Shown here in pieces: positions 1-15,125 of a stretch of DNA of 64,000 nucleotides. Every line of letters begins with the position of its first letter. Position 1 is the stretch's first letter. The DNA comes from the human T2T-CHM13v2.0 reference genome, Homo sapiens: assembly GCF_009914755.1 (NCBI RefSeq), contig NC_060927.1; one strand, 5' to 3'. Under the pieces are notes generated by a model that was given only the letters and a program-made list of their open reading frames with translations, did not search any database and had not been told where the DNA came from. Position numbers and translations under genes: made by a program.

Positions 1-249
1 CCTTTTCTAAGCCCAAGTGAAAAAAATTGCTAGTTTCACATGCATTGTAGAGGAGTAGCTACTAAATACTTGTATTTCAAATGTAAAACCACAGAATTTT
101 CTCCTCTTTTACACCAGAGTAAACTGTATCACTGATCTGAGCTGTATCACGTATTTGATTAGTATCATGTGTTTTTTCAGGTCTTTCTTTTTCTATGTCT
201 TTTCTCCATGACAAAAATTAATAGCCCATGGTTTCTTTGTATTTCTCCT

Positions 250-330
250 TGATTTAACACATGTTTATTTAGCATCTACTATGTGTCAGGCACTGTCTTG
301 ATGCTGGATATGCAGCAGAGAATAAGACTG
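250..330 (-). mobile_element. L2 3'-end relic
   Basis: atttaacacatgtttatttagcatctactatgtgtcaggcactg resembles the antisense L2 3' terminus. Confidence 0.6.
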
Positions 331-494
331 ATCTCAATGAAATTACTTTAACACACAATTATGTAAAAATTATTTGAGAACAATTATGGTAAGGTTTTAG
401 TGTATTTATCTAGAAATAACTAAAAAATTGTTGATTGATTGAGAATTGTCACTGTCTACAAACTCTGTTTCTATTAGGCATTGACCTTGACTAC

Positions 495-709
495 TTTTTT
501 TTTTTTTTTTTTTTTTGAGACGGAATCTCGCTCTGTCGCCAGCCTGGAATACAGTGGTGTGATCTCGGCTCACTGCAACCTCTGCCTCCTAGGTTCAAGC
601 GATTCTCCTGCCTCAGCCTCCTGAGTAGCTGGGACTACAGGCGTGCCCCACCACGCCCAGCTAATTTTTGCACTTTTAGTAGAGACAGAGTTTCACCATA
701 TTGGCCAGG
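495..709 (-). mobile_element. 5'-truncated AluS with 16-bp TSD
   Basis: Poly-T, Alu right arm and part of left arm; TGACCTTGACTACTTT at 482-497 and 710-725. Confidence 0.95.
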
Positions 710-744
710 TGACCTTGACTACTTTAAAAGGGCTCTCAGTTTAT

Positions 745-877
745 TATTTTTGTTTTAGAGATGAGGTCCTGCTTTGTCACCCAGGCTGGAGTGCAGTGGT
801 TTGATTATAGATCACTGCAGCCTTGAACATCGGGGCTCAAATGGTCTTCTTGTCTCAGCCTCTTGGTAGCTGGGGCT
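745..877 (-). mobile_element. AluJ right-arm monomer (FRAM-like)
   Basis: ccaggctggagtgcagtgg...cactgcagccttgaac; flanked by ctcagttta repeats. Confidence 0.8.
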
Positions 878-1317
878 CCTCAGTTTAAATTAGGTATGTA
901 GGAGTGGGGAAAAGATGAATGGTAGAGCAGGGGGAGAGAAAAAAGGAATAACATTTCTTCTTTAGTTCTATGTAACTCCAGTTGAATATAACCTCCTTGC
1001 AGGAGGAATTATCCTGTTCCCTTCCACAATCCTCCACTAGCCTGTGTCCCCAGCACCTGAGCTAGCGTCTAGTGAGCATTATAAAACAAAACCAAACACC
1101 ACATAAAATCTTTCTGGATTTTCCTTTTAGATTGTTTCTAATTTTGTGAGGAATTTAATGATTTTTGAAATCGTTCTTCTACAGTCATTTTTGTTTTGTT
1201 GCCTTTTTTCCTTCAACCGATTAAATGCTTCAGGTGTCCAAACTGGAGTGGCTGAAAATTATTATAGAGCTGCCCCTTTCATCATCCCATTCCCTTCTTT
1301 CTTCCCCTTTTGGTCTT

Positions 1318-1680
1318 TGCTATGGTGTGAATGTTGGAGTCCTTCAAAAATTCCTATGTTGGAACCTAATATCCAGTGTGATAGTATTAAGAGGTGGGTC
1401 CTTTTGGGAAGCGATGAAGTAGTAAAGCCTCAGCTCTCATGAATGGGATTGGTACCCTTATAAAAGAGTTAATAGGGAATTGCCTTGCCCCTTCTGCCAT
1501 GTATGGACACAGCAAGAGGTGCAATCTGTGAGGAATAGGCAGGCTCTCACCTGACATCAAATCTTTGGCACCTTGATCTTGGACTTCCCAGCCTTAAGAA
1601 CTATGAAAAATAAATTTCTGTTGTTTACAAATTACCCAGTCTAAGGTATTTTGTTATAGTAGGCTGAACAGGCTGAGACA
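1318..1680 (+). mobile_element. MaLR solo LTR (MLT1A-like)
   Basis: TG...CA ends, TATA-like cttataaaaga, AATAAA, 5-bp TSD GTCTT at 1313-1317 and 1681-1685. Confidence 0.85.
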
Positions 1681-2435
1681 GTCTTTTTTCTTATTTTCCC
1701 CATTAAGTTTGAGGTAGGAGATGAGGAAGGAAACAGATAGATGGTCAGGGTTCTGAAGTTTATAATTCCAGTTCTTTTTTCTTTAATTTCCTTTCTCTTC
1801 CCATCAAGCTATGAATCCACAGCTGACTTTTCCCTTCATTTGCATTTCTTACATTTTAAGGCTATTTCCAAATTCTCAATATTTATCTCCTTCTACTCTA
1901 AAATTTTGGCACACTTTTCTTTGAAGAGCAGGTCAACATAAAAGAAAACTAAAAGTCAATCTTGATGTCATTGGTTGCAAAGTGTATGTCCTGCTTGATT
2001 CACATCATATTCTTATCACATTCTTTTAATCAGCTTAACATTTTGGGGAAATGTCCCTATAGGAATTTTCTTCTGTACTTTTCAGCTTTGTGGTAATTAT
2101 CAATGTAGACATTAAACTAGATTTACAGAAAATCTATATTTATTCCAATAAGAACACCTCTATTTTGTTTGGATAAGCCATTGCTCTCTGGTGTTAAAAT
2201 ATACTCAAAGTAATTACACCATTAAAAGTTAATTTTGGCTCCACTTTAGAATCAAATCTGAGATTGGATTCATGTTTTCAATAACTTCAGTCCTGAAGCT
2301 TTGCATTTTTTAGTAAGTGTGGAGATGCATTTAGGAGGTTGAGCTTCTTGTTCATAACTGGTTTTGAATTGTTCATGGGCACAATAATCATTAGGAACAA
2401 TAATCATAAGCAGTTATAAGTGCCAGAATGATAAC

Positions 2436-2910
2436 TGCTTCCTTTCCTACTGCTGTTGTAACAAAATATTATGAACTGAGTTGCTCAATGCCACACAATT
2501 TTTTTCTGTTACAATTCTGGAGTCAAAAGTCCAAAAATCAAACTGGGTAGGCTAAAGTCAGCAGGGCCATGTTCCTTTTTGAGGCTCTGGGGGAGAATTT
2601 GTTTCCTTGTCTTTTCTATCTTTTATTGGCTGCCCGTATCCCTTGACTCCTGCCCCTTTCCCTGCATCACTCTGACCTCTATTTTTGTTGTCACTTCTTA
2701 TCTCTGACTTCGATCTCTTTCCTCTGTCTTTTAAGAATCCTTGTGATTACATTGGGCCGCCTGGATAATCCAGGATAATCTCTCCCTGCCAAGATGCTTA
2801 GCTAAATCACATCTGCACAGTTCCGCACAGTTCCTTTTGCCGTGTAAGGTAACATTCATAGGTTCTGGGGATGTGGGCACCTTCGGGGACCATTATTATG
2901 CCTAGCCACA
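2436..2910 (-). mobile_element. MaLR LTR (MLT1C-like)
   Basis: gattacattgggccgcctggataatccaggataatctc and aaggtaacattcataggttctgggg are typical antisense MLT1 motifs. Confidence 0.75.
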
Positions 2911-5140
2911 CCAACTCTAAGTTAAACAAGAAAATAGCACATCGAGTTCAGAGCCCCATGTGATGTCACTAAGGCTCCCTCTCTCTCATTTATGTTCTTT
3001 TGTGTTGGTCTCCTGTTCAGGCAAGATCTTCCTATAAAGTGAAAAAAAATGGTCACTAGAAAACATGACCTAAAATTCTATCAGTGTCTCATTCTCAAAA
3101 GTTTCAGGGATGACTTTGTCAGAGTTTATATTTTCATGTTCCTTCTGTAGACAATCTGCAATCTCTGATTCTTATTTGGCGGCCTTAATTGAGGAGAGGA
3201 GCAAGTTTATCCTTACTTAAGCCTCATGAACTTAACTGTGAAGAAAGGGTGGTTTGCCTAATGAAAATTGATCTGCTTTTACCAGAAGAAGAGAAAATGG
3301 GATATTGTGTAGAAAAACTAATATTCATTCAGTACATACTCCTTAGGATGCAGGAATCTATGTGTTTTCTTTGAAAGGTTTATGATTCACAGAACACTTT
3401 AAAGCCCAAGAAACTTTATTATCAGGCTCACAAAGTTGATCTAATTCCTCTAGAAAGACCCAGCATTGATTCCTCTGGGTGAAAGGCACTAATTCATTAT
3501 CAATCATCATTATCAGGGTGTACACATGATTTAGGTGCTTTGCCATTCCCCTTCTAGGCAGTAATGAAAGTAGCTAAACATGGGAATTTCTCTATGCCTT
3601 GTCTATAAAGCATTGCTCAGAAGAGAAGGGTTACTTCAAAAAAGATTTCTTCTTATTCACAGTAACAAAAATGAATTCCCCTCACACCTCCCCCATATAA
3701 AAAGTGAAAAATAAAATAAAACTTTATAGATAAGGCTAAATTTCAATAGATAACCCTCTCCCACTTCATAGTGTTCCCCTTCTGATTCCACAGCCATCAG
3801 CTGGGTTTTCAGACATTGTTCTGAACATATAAAGTAGGTTATATATAGGTTACTTTGAAAGCCTTAAATGACGTGATGTTTACCCTACATTAGAAGTTAT
3901 ACTTTATTTGATTATAATTGATTCAATCTTCTATTAGAAGTTATAATCAATCCTATTACCTATTCTATCATGTAAGTTTCTACAATGAAGAAAAGTTTTC
4001 TTGTCTTCAATTACTTGGGAAATGAGAAAGAAAACAAAGTTTGTTTATTATATAACCATTCCAGATACTTGATCAGATTGACTTTCACTTGTATCTGGGC
4101 AAAGCTCATACTAATTCTTTTAGTTTTTCCCTCTAGGTCAACTTTTCTAATTCTTTCATTATCTTTGGTTGGGGAAATGTCAAAGATACTTTTAGACAAG
4201 TAGGTAATTTACTAAAACATTTTCATTTCTAAAATTTTAACTATATACAAACCCACATATAAGCTACACAAGATGACTCTTGTATATCTATTCTTCAGTT
4301 TCAGTACTTACCAACTCATGACTAAATTATTTTAAAACAAATCTCAGACAAAAATTTAATTATAAAGATAATTATTTATAAAAAAATACTATTGACCAAG
4401 GAGGTGGAGCAAGATGGCTGCATAGAAGCCTCCACTGATTACCCTCCTGACAAAAACACCAAATTTAACAACTATCTCCACAAAAAAGCACCTTGTTAAG
4501 AACCAACAATCAGGTTAACGATCACAATACCTGGCTTTAACGTCATATCACTGAAAGGCACTGAAGAGGGTAGGAAAGACAGTCTTGAATTGCCTGCACA
4601 ACCCCTTCCTCATCTCTTGGCAGTGGCAATGTGGCACAAAGATGGGTGTCACATGGGGTGTGCTTGGCGGAGGGAGACTGCAGCAATTGTGGGACTTTGC
4701 ATTGGAACTCAGGGCTGCCAATACCAGGCAGAACTCAGCCAAAACCCAGAGGAAGCATTTAGACTAGCCCTAGCCAGAGGGGAATCGCCCATTCCAACAG
4801 TCAGAACTTGAGTTTCAGCAAGCTTTGCCATTGTGGGCTAAGAGGCTCTGGGGTCCCAAATAAACCTGAAAGGTAGTCTAGGTTGCAGTTCCAGGCAAGC
4901 CTCTAATTCCTAGGCAAACTCCAATGCTGCGCTGGGCTTGGAGCCAGTGGACTTGGGGGACACCCAGCTTGTGAGTCACACGCTGGAGTGGATAAGGGAG
5001 TACTTGCATCACCCCTCCCCTCAACCCCAGGCAGCACAATTCACAGCTCCAAAAGAGACCCTTCCTTACCCTGAGGAGAGGAGAGGGAAAAGTAAAGAGG
5101 ACTTTGTCTTGCAACAGGGAAACCAGTTCGGCCACAGTAG

Positions 5141-5640
<500 letters not shown>

Positions 5641-5825
5641 ACCATAGAGCTTTAATTATGATTCAGCATTCAAAATTGCATTTACAGACAAATGTTCAGT
5701 TATTAATGGAAGGAATGTGTCTATAATTATGGGCCCGAGGTTCTGAAAACTTCATACCCTGCCCCATGAGCAGCAAGCAAAATGGAACAGGTGGTTTTTG
5801 TTAAAGAACAAGTTTTTAAAAAAAA

Positions 5826-6125
<300 letters not shown>

Positions 6126-6130
6126 AAAAA

Positions 6131-6263
6131 TTTATTTTTTATTTCAATAGATTTTTAGGGAGCAGGTGGCATTTGATTACATGAATAAGGTTTTTAGTGA
6201 TAATTTCTGAGATTTTAGTGCACCTATCACCTGAGCAGTGTACACTGTACTGAGTGTGTAGTC
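6131..6263 (-). mobile_element. L1PB 3'-end stub
   Basis: tttcaatagatttttagggagcaggtgg...gagcagtgtacactgtac matches antisense L1PB1/2 3' terminus. Confidence 0.8.
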
Positions 6264-7276
6264 CCTGATGACATTTCTAGACACACCTTGTGCTAGAAGG
6301 AAACCCGCTGCCTTAAAGGGAAGGACCCAGTTGTGGCAGAATTCATCACCTGCTGACTAAAGAGCTCTTGAGTCCTGAATAATCAGCAGCAGTAACCAGG
6401 TAGTGCATAGTGTGAGCCTTGGGTGAGACTCTGAGATGTGCTGGCTTCAGGTGTGACCCAGCATATTCACAACTGTGGTGGCTATAAGGAACAACTCCTT
6501 CTGCTTGAGAAAAGTAGAGGGAAGAATAAAGGGGACTTTGTCTTGCAGCTTAGGTACCAGCTCAGTCACAATGGGGAAGAACACCAAGTGGGCCCTTGGG
6601 GTCCCCGATTCCAGGCCTTGGCTCTTGGATGGCATTTCTAGACCTACCTTGGGCCAGAGGGCAGCCCACTGCCCTGAAGAGTGAGTCCCAGGCCTGGTAG
6701 CATTTCACACAAGCTGACTGAAGAGCCCTTGGGCCTTAAATGAACATCAGCAGTACTGTCCAAGGGCCTTGGGGGTGGTGGATATGGAGACAGACTTCCC
6801 TGGTTGGAGAAACAGGAGTGGGGAGGGAAAAGGACTTTGTCTTGTGGTTTTGGTGCCAACTTAGCTACAGCAGAATAGAGTACCAGGTAGATTTTTAAGG
6901 TTTACAACACAAGGCCCTTGATCCTGGACAGCAACTCTGGACCTGCCAGGGCCCAGGGGAACTTACCACTCTGAAGAGAAGAACACAGACTGGCTGGTTT
7001 TGCCATCTGCTGGTTGTAGAGCCCTAGGGCCTTGAGCAAACATAGGCAGTAGCCAGGTAGTGGTTACAGTGGGCCTTGGGAAGACCTAGTACCGTGCTGG
7101 CTTCAGGTCAGATCCAACATAGTCCCAGTGGTGGTGGCCCCAGGCGTGCTTGTGTCAGTGCTTCCCCAGCCTCAGGCAGCTCAGCACAGAGAGAGGGAGT
7201 CCATTAATTTGAGAGAAATAAGGGAAGAGAACAAGAGTCTCTGCTTGGTAACCCAGATAATTCTCTTTCAAAATAG

Positions 7277-7577
7277 TTATTTTTTTATTTGTTTGAGACA
7301 GAGTCTCACTCTGTCTCCCAGGCTGGAGTATAATGGCATGATCCCAGCTCATTGCAACCTCCATCTCCTGGGCTCAAGTTATCTTTCTGCCTCAACCTCC
7401 CAAGTAGATAGGACTTACGGGTGCACACTACCATGCCTGGCTAATTTTTGTATTGTTTTGTAGAGATGAGGTTTTACTATGTTGCTCAGGCTGGTCTTGA
7501 ACTCCTGGGCTCAAGCAATCCACCTGCTCAGCCTCCCAAAGTGCTGGAATTGCAGGTGTGAGCTACTGAGCCTGGCC
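7277..7577 (-). mobile_element. AluJ
   Basis: Dimer with J-type ctcctgggctcaag motifs. Confidence 0.9.
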
Positions 7578-9083
7578 TCAGAGAATTCTTCTGGCTCTTA
7601 TCCAATACCACCAAGGCAGTACCTCTACAAATCTGTAAGAACCACAGCATTGCAGTGCCCCCTAATGCGGATACAGCTACAGTAACTAGAAACTTAGATT
7701 ACAAAAGCAAAGTCCCTTTGAATAGATGAAAAACCTTCCCGAGAAGGAAGGGTACAAATAAGCCCAGACCATGAAGACTACAATACCTAACTTTTCGATG
7801 TCTAGACACTGACAAACATCCACAGACATCAAGATTATCTAGGAAAACATGACCTCACCAAATGAACTAAGTAAGGCACCAGGAGCCAGCCCTGGAGAGA
7901 TAGAGATATGTGACTTTTAAGACCAAGAATTCAAAATAACTTTTGAGGAAACTAAGAAATTCAAGATAACACAGAGAAAAAATTCAAAATCCTATTAGAT
8001 AGATTTAACAAAGAAATTACAGTAATAAAAATAATCAAACAGAAATTCTGGAGTGGAAAAATGCAATTGCCTTACTGGAGGATGCATCAGAGTCTCTTAA
8101 TAGCAGAATGCATCAAACAGAAGAAAGAATTCAGGCTACTTGAAAGTACACGGTTAGAGGAGACAAAAGACAAAAAAATAAAAAAACAATGAAGCACAGT
8201 TAAAAGATCTGGAAAATAGCTTCAAAATGGCAAATCTGATAATTATTGAACTTATAGAGGAAGAAGGGAGAGAGAGATAGGGGGCAGAACATTTATTTAG
8301 AGAGATAGTATCAGAGAACTTCCCAAACCAGAGAAAGATATCAATACCCCAATGCAAGAAGGTTATTGAACACCAAGCACATTTAACCCAAAGAAGACTA
8401 CCTCAAGAGATTGAAAAAACTCCCAGAGGTCAAGGATAAAGACAGGATCATAAAAGCAGGAAGAGAAAAGAAACAAATAACATACAATGGAGCTCCAATA
8501 CAACTAGCAGCAGATTTTTCAGTGGATCGCTTACAGACCAAGAGAGAGTGGCATGCCATAGTTAAAATGCTGAAGGAAAAAAAATTACCCTAGAATAGTA
8601 TATCTGGCAAAAAATATCCTTCAAATATGGAGGAGAAATAAAGACTGTCCCAGACAAACAAAAGCTGAGGTATTTTATTAACACCAGACATGTCCTACAA
8701 GAAATGCTAAAGGGAGTACTTCAGTCTCAAAGAAAAGGATGTTAATGAGCAATAAGAAATCATCTGAAGGTACAAAACTCACTGGTAATAGTAAGTACAT
8801 GGAAAAACACAGAACATTGTAACACTGTAACTGTGGTGTGTAAACCACTCTAATCTTAATTAGAAAGATGAAAAGATGAACCAATCAAAAATAATAACTG
8901 CAGCAACTTTTCAAGCCATAAACTGTACAAGGAGAAATAAATAGAAACAACAATTTAAGTTAAAAAGCAGGGAGATGAAGTTAAAGTTTTTATTAGTTTT
9001 CCTTTTTCTTTCTTTCTTTTTTTTTGAGACGGAGTCTCTCTCTATCACCCAGGCTGGAGTTAAAGTATAAAGTTTTTATTAGT

Positions 9084-9683
<600 letters not shown>

Positions 9684-10760
9684 TGAACTAAACTCTTCGA
9701 CCAAAAGACATGGAGTGGCTAAATGGTTTAAAAAAGAAAGACCCAATGATCTGTTGCCTACAAGAAACCATTTACATTGTCTATGTGTGTCTTTATAGAA
9801 GAAATAAAGAAGAAATAAAGGTGTGTGTCTTTATGAAATAAAGGGATGGAAGAAGATATTCCATGCAAATAGAAACCTAAAAAGATCAGGAGTAACTATA
9901 CTTATATTAGACACAATAGATTTCTATACAAAATCAAAAAAATAGAGAAAAATAAGACCCTTATATAATGGGTCAATAAAGGATAAATAAAAAGGGCATA
10001 CTAATTGTAAATATATATGCAGCCAGCACTAGGGCACCCAGATATATAAAGCAAATATTATTAGAGCTAAAAAGAGACAGACCCCATTACAATAATAGCT
10101 GGAGACTTTAACATTCCACTTTCATCATTGGACAAATCATCCAGACAGAAAATCAACCAAGAAACATCAGACTTAATCTGCACTATAGACCAAATGGACC
10201 TAATAGATATTTACATGCTATTTCATTCAATGGCTGCAGAATACACATTCTTCTCAGCACATGGATCATTCTCAAGGATACACCATATGTTAGGCCACAA
10301 AGTTTGAAATATTCAAAAAAATTTCTAATAATATCAAACATCTTCTCTGACCACAATGGAATAAAACTAGAAGTCAATAATGAGGAATTTTTGAAACTAT
10401 AGAAAAACATGGAAATTAAGCCATATGCTTCTGATGACCAGTGGGTCAATGAGGAGATTAGGAAGGAAATTGAAGTTTCTTGAAACAAATTATAATGGGA
10501 AAACAATATACCAAAACCTTTGAGATACAGCAAAAGCAGTACTAAGAGGGAAGTTTATAGCTATAAGTTCCTATATCAAAAAAGAATAAAAACTTCAAGT
10601 AAACAATCTACTAATGCATGTCAAAGAACCAGAAAAGCAAGAGCAAACCAAACCCAAAGTTAGCAGAATAAGAGAAATAATGAAGATCAGAGCAGAAATA
10701 AATGAAATTAAAATGAAGAAAACAATATAAAAGATTAATGAAATGAAAGTTTTTTTTAAA

Positions 10761-11060
10761 GCCGGGCGCAGTGGCTCATGCGTGTAATCCCAGCACTTTG
10801 GGAGGCCGAGGCGGGCAGATCACAAGGTCAAGAGTTCGAGACCATCCTGGCTGACACAGTGAAACCCCATCTCTACTAAAATACAGAAAAAAAAAATTAA
10901 CCAGGCGTAGGTGGTGCACGCCTGTAGTCCCAGCTACTTGGGAGGCTGAGGCAGGAGAATGGCCTAAAACCTGGGAGGCGGAGCTTGCAGTGAGCCGAGA
11001 TCGTGCCACTGCACTCCAACATGGGAGCAGAGCAAGACTCCGTCTCAAAAAAAAAAAAAA
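10761..11060 (+). mobile_element. AluY/Sc
   Basis: gccgggcgcagtggctca...gagcttgcagtgagccgagatc, A tail. Confidence 0.95.
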
Positions 11061-11346
11061 TGTTTTTTTAAAAGATAAAGAAAATGAACAAACCTTCAGC
11101 CAAACTAAGAAAAAAAGAAAGAAGATCCAAATAAATAAAATCAGAGATGAAAGAGGAGACATTCCAGCTGATAACACAGAAATTCAAAGGATCATTAGAG
11201 ACTACTATGAGTAACTATATACCAATTAATTTTAAAACCTAGAAGAAATGGTCAACTTCCTAGACCCATACAACATACCAAGATTGAAGTACAGAAAAAT
11301 ATAAAACCTAAACAGGTCAATAATAAGTAATGAGATATAAGCTGTA

Positions 11347-11640
11347 TCTGTTATCCCTTTGAATAAATGTTATACCCCTATCTGCTAATAGTTCTTACAT
11401 TTGCCATTTTGAGGCTAATTCCTAGATCCTGTAAGTATATTTTATTGTTTTTTATTCTTTTGTCTACGCTGGCTTTGTATTTTCAAATAGCCTGACTTCA
11501 AGCTCACTATGTTTTTCTTCTGTTTGATTCATTCTGCTATTAAGAGACTCTGATGCAGTCTTCAGTATGTCAACTGCATTTTTTCCACTCCAGAATTTCT
11601 ATTTGATTATTTTTATTATTGCAATTTATTTGTTAAGTCT
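11347..11640 (-). mobile_element. Inverted L1 ORF1 segment inserted in ORF2
   Basis: Reverse complement aligns by eye to 8001-8316. Confidence 0.85.
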
Positions 11641-11760
11641 CCCAGTGAAGAAAAGGTTGAGACCCAATGGTTTAACTGCTGAATTTCACCAAACATTTAA
11701 GGAAGAGCCAGTACCAATCCTACTGAAACTATTCCAAAAAATAGAAGTGGAGAGAGTAGC

Positions 11761-12077
11761 TTCTTTTTTTTTGGAGTCAGAGTCTCGCTTTGTTGCCCAG
11801 GCTGGAGTGTGGAGTGCAGTGGTGTGATCTTGGCTCACTGCACCTCCACCTCCTGGGTTCAAGCAGTTCTTCTGCCTCAGGCTCCCAAGTAGCTGGGACT
11901 ACAGGCACATGCCGCCACTCCCAGCTATTTTTTTTTTTTTGTATTTTTAGTAGAGACAGGGTTTCATCATGTTGCCCAGGCTGATTTCAAACTCCTGAAC
12001 TCAGGCAATCCACCCGCCTTGCCCGCCTTGGCCTCCCAAAGTGCTGGGATTACAGGTGTGAGCCACCGTGCCTGGCC
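11761..12077 (-). mobile_element. AluS
   Basis: Complete dimer. Confidence 0.92.
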
Positions 12078-12158
12078 AAGTATTTTCAAACTCATTCTCT
12101 GAGTCCAGTATTACCCTGATACCAAAACTGGATAAAAATATGTCCAAAAAGAAAACTA

Positions 12159-12510
12159 GGCTTGTTGTAATGGCTCATGCCTGTAATCCCAACAATTTGG
12201 TAGGGCAAGGCAGTAGGATCACTTGAGCTTAGGAATTTCAGATCAGCTTGGGAAGCATGGTGTAATTATGTCTCTACCAAAAAAACACAAAAATTAGCTA
12301 GATTTGATGGCATGTGCCTCTAGTCCCAGCTACTCTGGAGGCTGAAGTGGAAGGATCACTTGAGCCTGTGAGGTTGAGGCTGCAGTGAACCATGATTATG
12401 TCACTGCACTCCAGCCTGGGTGACAGAGTGAGACCCTCTCTCAAAATAAGAAAACCAGAGAAAAGAAAAAAAGAAAAGAAAAGAAAGAAAGAGGGAGAGA
12501 AAGAAAGAGG
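12159..12510 (+). mobile_element. AluJ with GA-rich tail
   Basis: gatcacttgagc motifs, diverged dimer. Confidence 0.9.
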
Positions 12511-13078
12511 GCAATATCGCTGATGAACATTGAGGAAAAAATCCTCAGTAAAATACTAGCAAGCCAAATTCAACAATGCATTAAAAAGATCATTTATCAC
12601 CACCAAGTGGGATTTGTCCCAGTATGCATGGATGGTTCAACATATGCAAATGAACCAATGTTATATATCATACCAGCATAATGAAGGACAAAAACCATAT
12701 GATCATTTCAATTGGTGCTGAAAAAGCATTTAAGAAAATTTAACATCCCTTCATGATAAAAATCTTTAAAAAATTGGGTATAGAAGGAACATATCTCAAC
12801 ATAATAAAAGTCATATATAACAGACCCACAGCTAGTATGATACTGAATGGGGAAAAATGGAAGCCTTTCCTCTAAGATCTAGAACACAACAAGAATGCCC
12901 ATTTTCATCGCTGTTATTTGATATTGTATGGGAAGTCCTAGCTACAGAAATCAAACAAGAGAAAGAAATAAAGGGCATCCAAATTGGAAAGGCAGAAATC
13001 AAATTATCCTTGTTTGCAGATTATATGATCTTATATTTACAAAAATCTAAAGACTCCACAAAAGAACTGTTGGAACTA

Positions 13079-13376
<298 letters not shown>

Positions 13377-14396
13377 GAGCTATTGGAATTGATAAACAAA
13401 TTTAGTAAAGTCACAGGATACAAAATCAACACACAAAAGTCAGTAGCATTTCTATATGCCAACAGCAAACAATCTGAAAAAGAAATCAAGAAAGTAACCG
13501 CATTTACAATAGCTACATATAAAATTAAATATTTAGGAATTAACCAAAGAAGTGACAGATCTCTACAATAAAAACTATAAAACACTGATCAAAAAAATTG
13601 AAGAGGACACCAAAAAAATGGAAAGAGATTCCATGTTTATGAATTGGAAGAATCAATATTGTTAAAATATTCATACTACCCAGAGCAATCTATAGATTCA
13701 ATGCAATCTCTATCAAATTACCAATGACATTCTTCACAGAAATAGAAAAAACTCCTAAAATTTATATTGAACCACAAAAGACCCCAAATAGCCAAAGCTA
13801 TCCTAAGCAAAAAGAACAAAACTGGAGGAATCACATTACTTGACTTCAAATTATACTATAGAGCTATAGTAACCAAAGCAGCATGGTACTGGCATAAAAA
13901 CAGACACATAGACCAATGAAACAGAATGGAGAACCCAGAAACAAATTTATATGTCTACAATAAACTGATTTTCAGCAAAGATGTCAAGACACACATTGGA
14001 GAAAAGACAGTCTTCAATAAACCATGCTGGGAAAAACACACACATGCATGTTTGCATTGCTATTGCATGCATGCATTATTCACGTGCAGAAGAATGAAAC
14101 TAGACCCCCCCATCTCTTGTCATATACAAAAATAAAATCAAAATGGATTAAAAACTTAAATCTAAGACCTCAAATTATGAAACTACTGAAAGAAAACTTT
14201 GGGGAAAATCTCCAGAACATTGGTCTAGGCAAAGATTACTTGAGTAATACCCTATAAGTGCAGGCAGCCAAAGCAAAAGTGGACAAATGCGATCACATCA
14301 AGATAAAAAGCTGCACAGCAAATGAAACAATCAACTAAGTGAAAAGACAACCCACAGAATGGGAGAAAATATTTGCAAAGTACCCATCTAACAAAG

Positions 14397-14398
14397 TA

Positions 14399-14452
<54 letters not shown>

Positions 14453-14735
14453 TTGAGATGGAATTTTGCTCTTGTTGCCCAGGCTGGGGTGCAATGGTGT
14501 GATCTTGACTCACAGCACCCTCCAACTCCTAGGTTCAAGTGATTTTCCTGCCTCAGCCTCCCGAGTAGCTGGGATTACAGGCATGCACCACTATGCCTGG
14601 CTAATTTTGTATTTTTAGTAGAGACGGGGTTTCTCCATGTTGGTCAGGCTGGTCTTGAACTCCTGATCTCAGGTGATCTGCCTGCCTCAGCCTCCCAAAG
14701 TGCTAGGATTATAGGTGTGAGCCACTGCTCCCGGC
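14397..14735 (-). mobile_element. AluSp/Sq with (TA)n in tail
   Basis: (TA)n then poly-T then dimer; TSD ctaacaaa. Confidence 0.92.
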
Positions 14736-14957
14736 CCTAACAAAAGCATTAATAACCAGAATATATAAGAAGCTCAAACAACTGTACAGGAAAAAAAATC
14801 TAATAATTTGATTTAAAAATGGGCAACAGATTTGAATAGACATTTCTCAAAAGAAAACACAGAAATGGCGAACCGTTATGTGAAAAGCTGATCATTGTCA
14901 TTGATCAGTAGAGAAATACAAATTGAAACTACAATGAGATATAATTTCATCCCAGTT

Positions 14958-15125
14958 GGGTGGGGGGAGGGGGGAGGGATAGCTTTAGGAGATATACCTA
15001 ATGCTAAATGACGAGTTAATGGGTGCAGCACACCAGCATGGCACATGTATACACATGTAACTAACCGGCACATTGTGCACATGTACCCTAAAACTTAAAG
15101 TATAATAATAAAAATAATAACAATA
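14958..15125 (+). mobile_element. Young L1PA 3' stub (~170 bp)
   Basis: L1PA2/3-like 3'UTR end; 17-bp perfect TSD ATAATTTCATCCCAGTT at 14941-14957 and 15126-15142. Confidence 0.95.
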
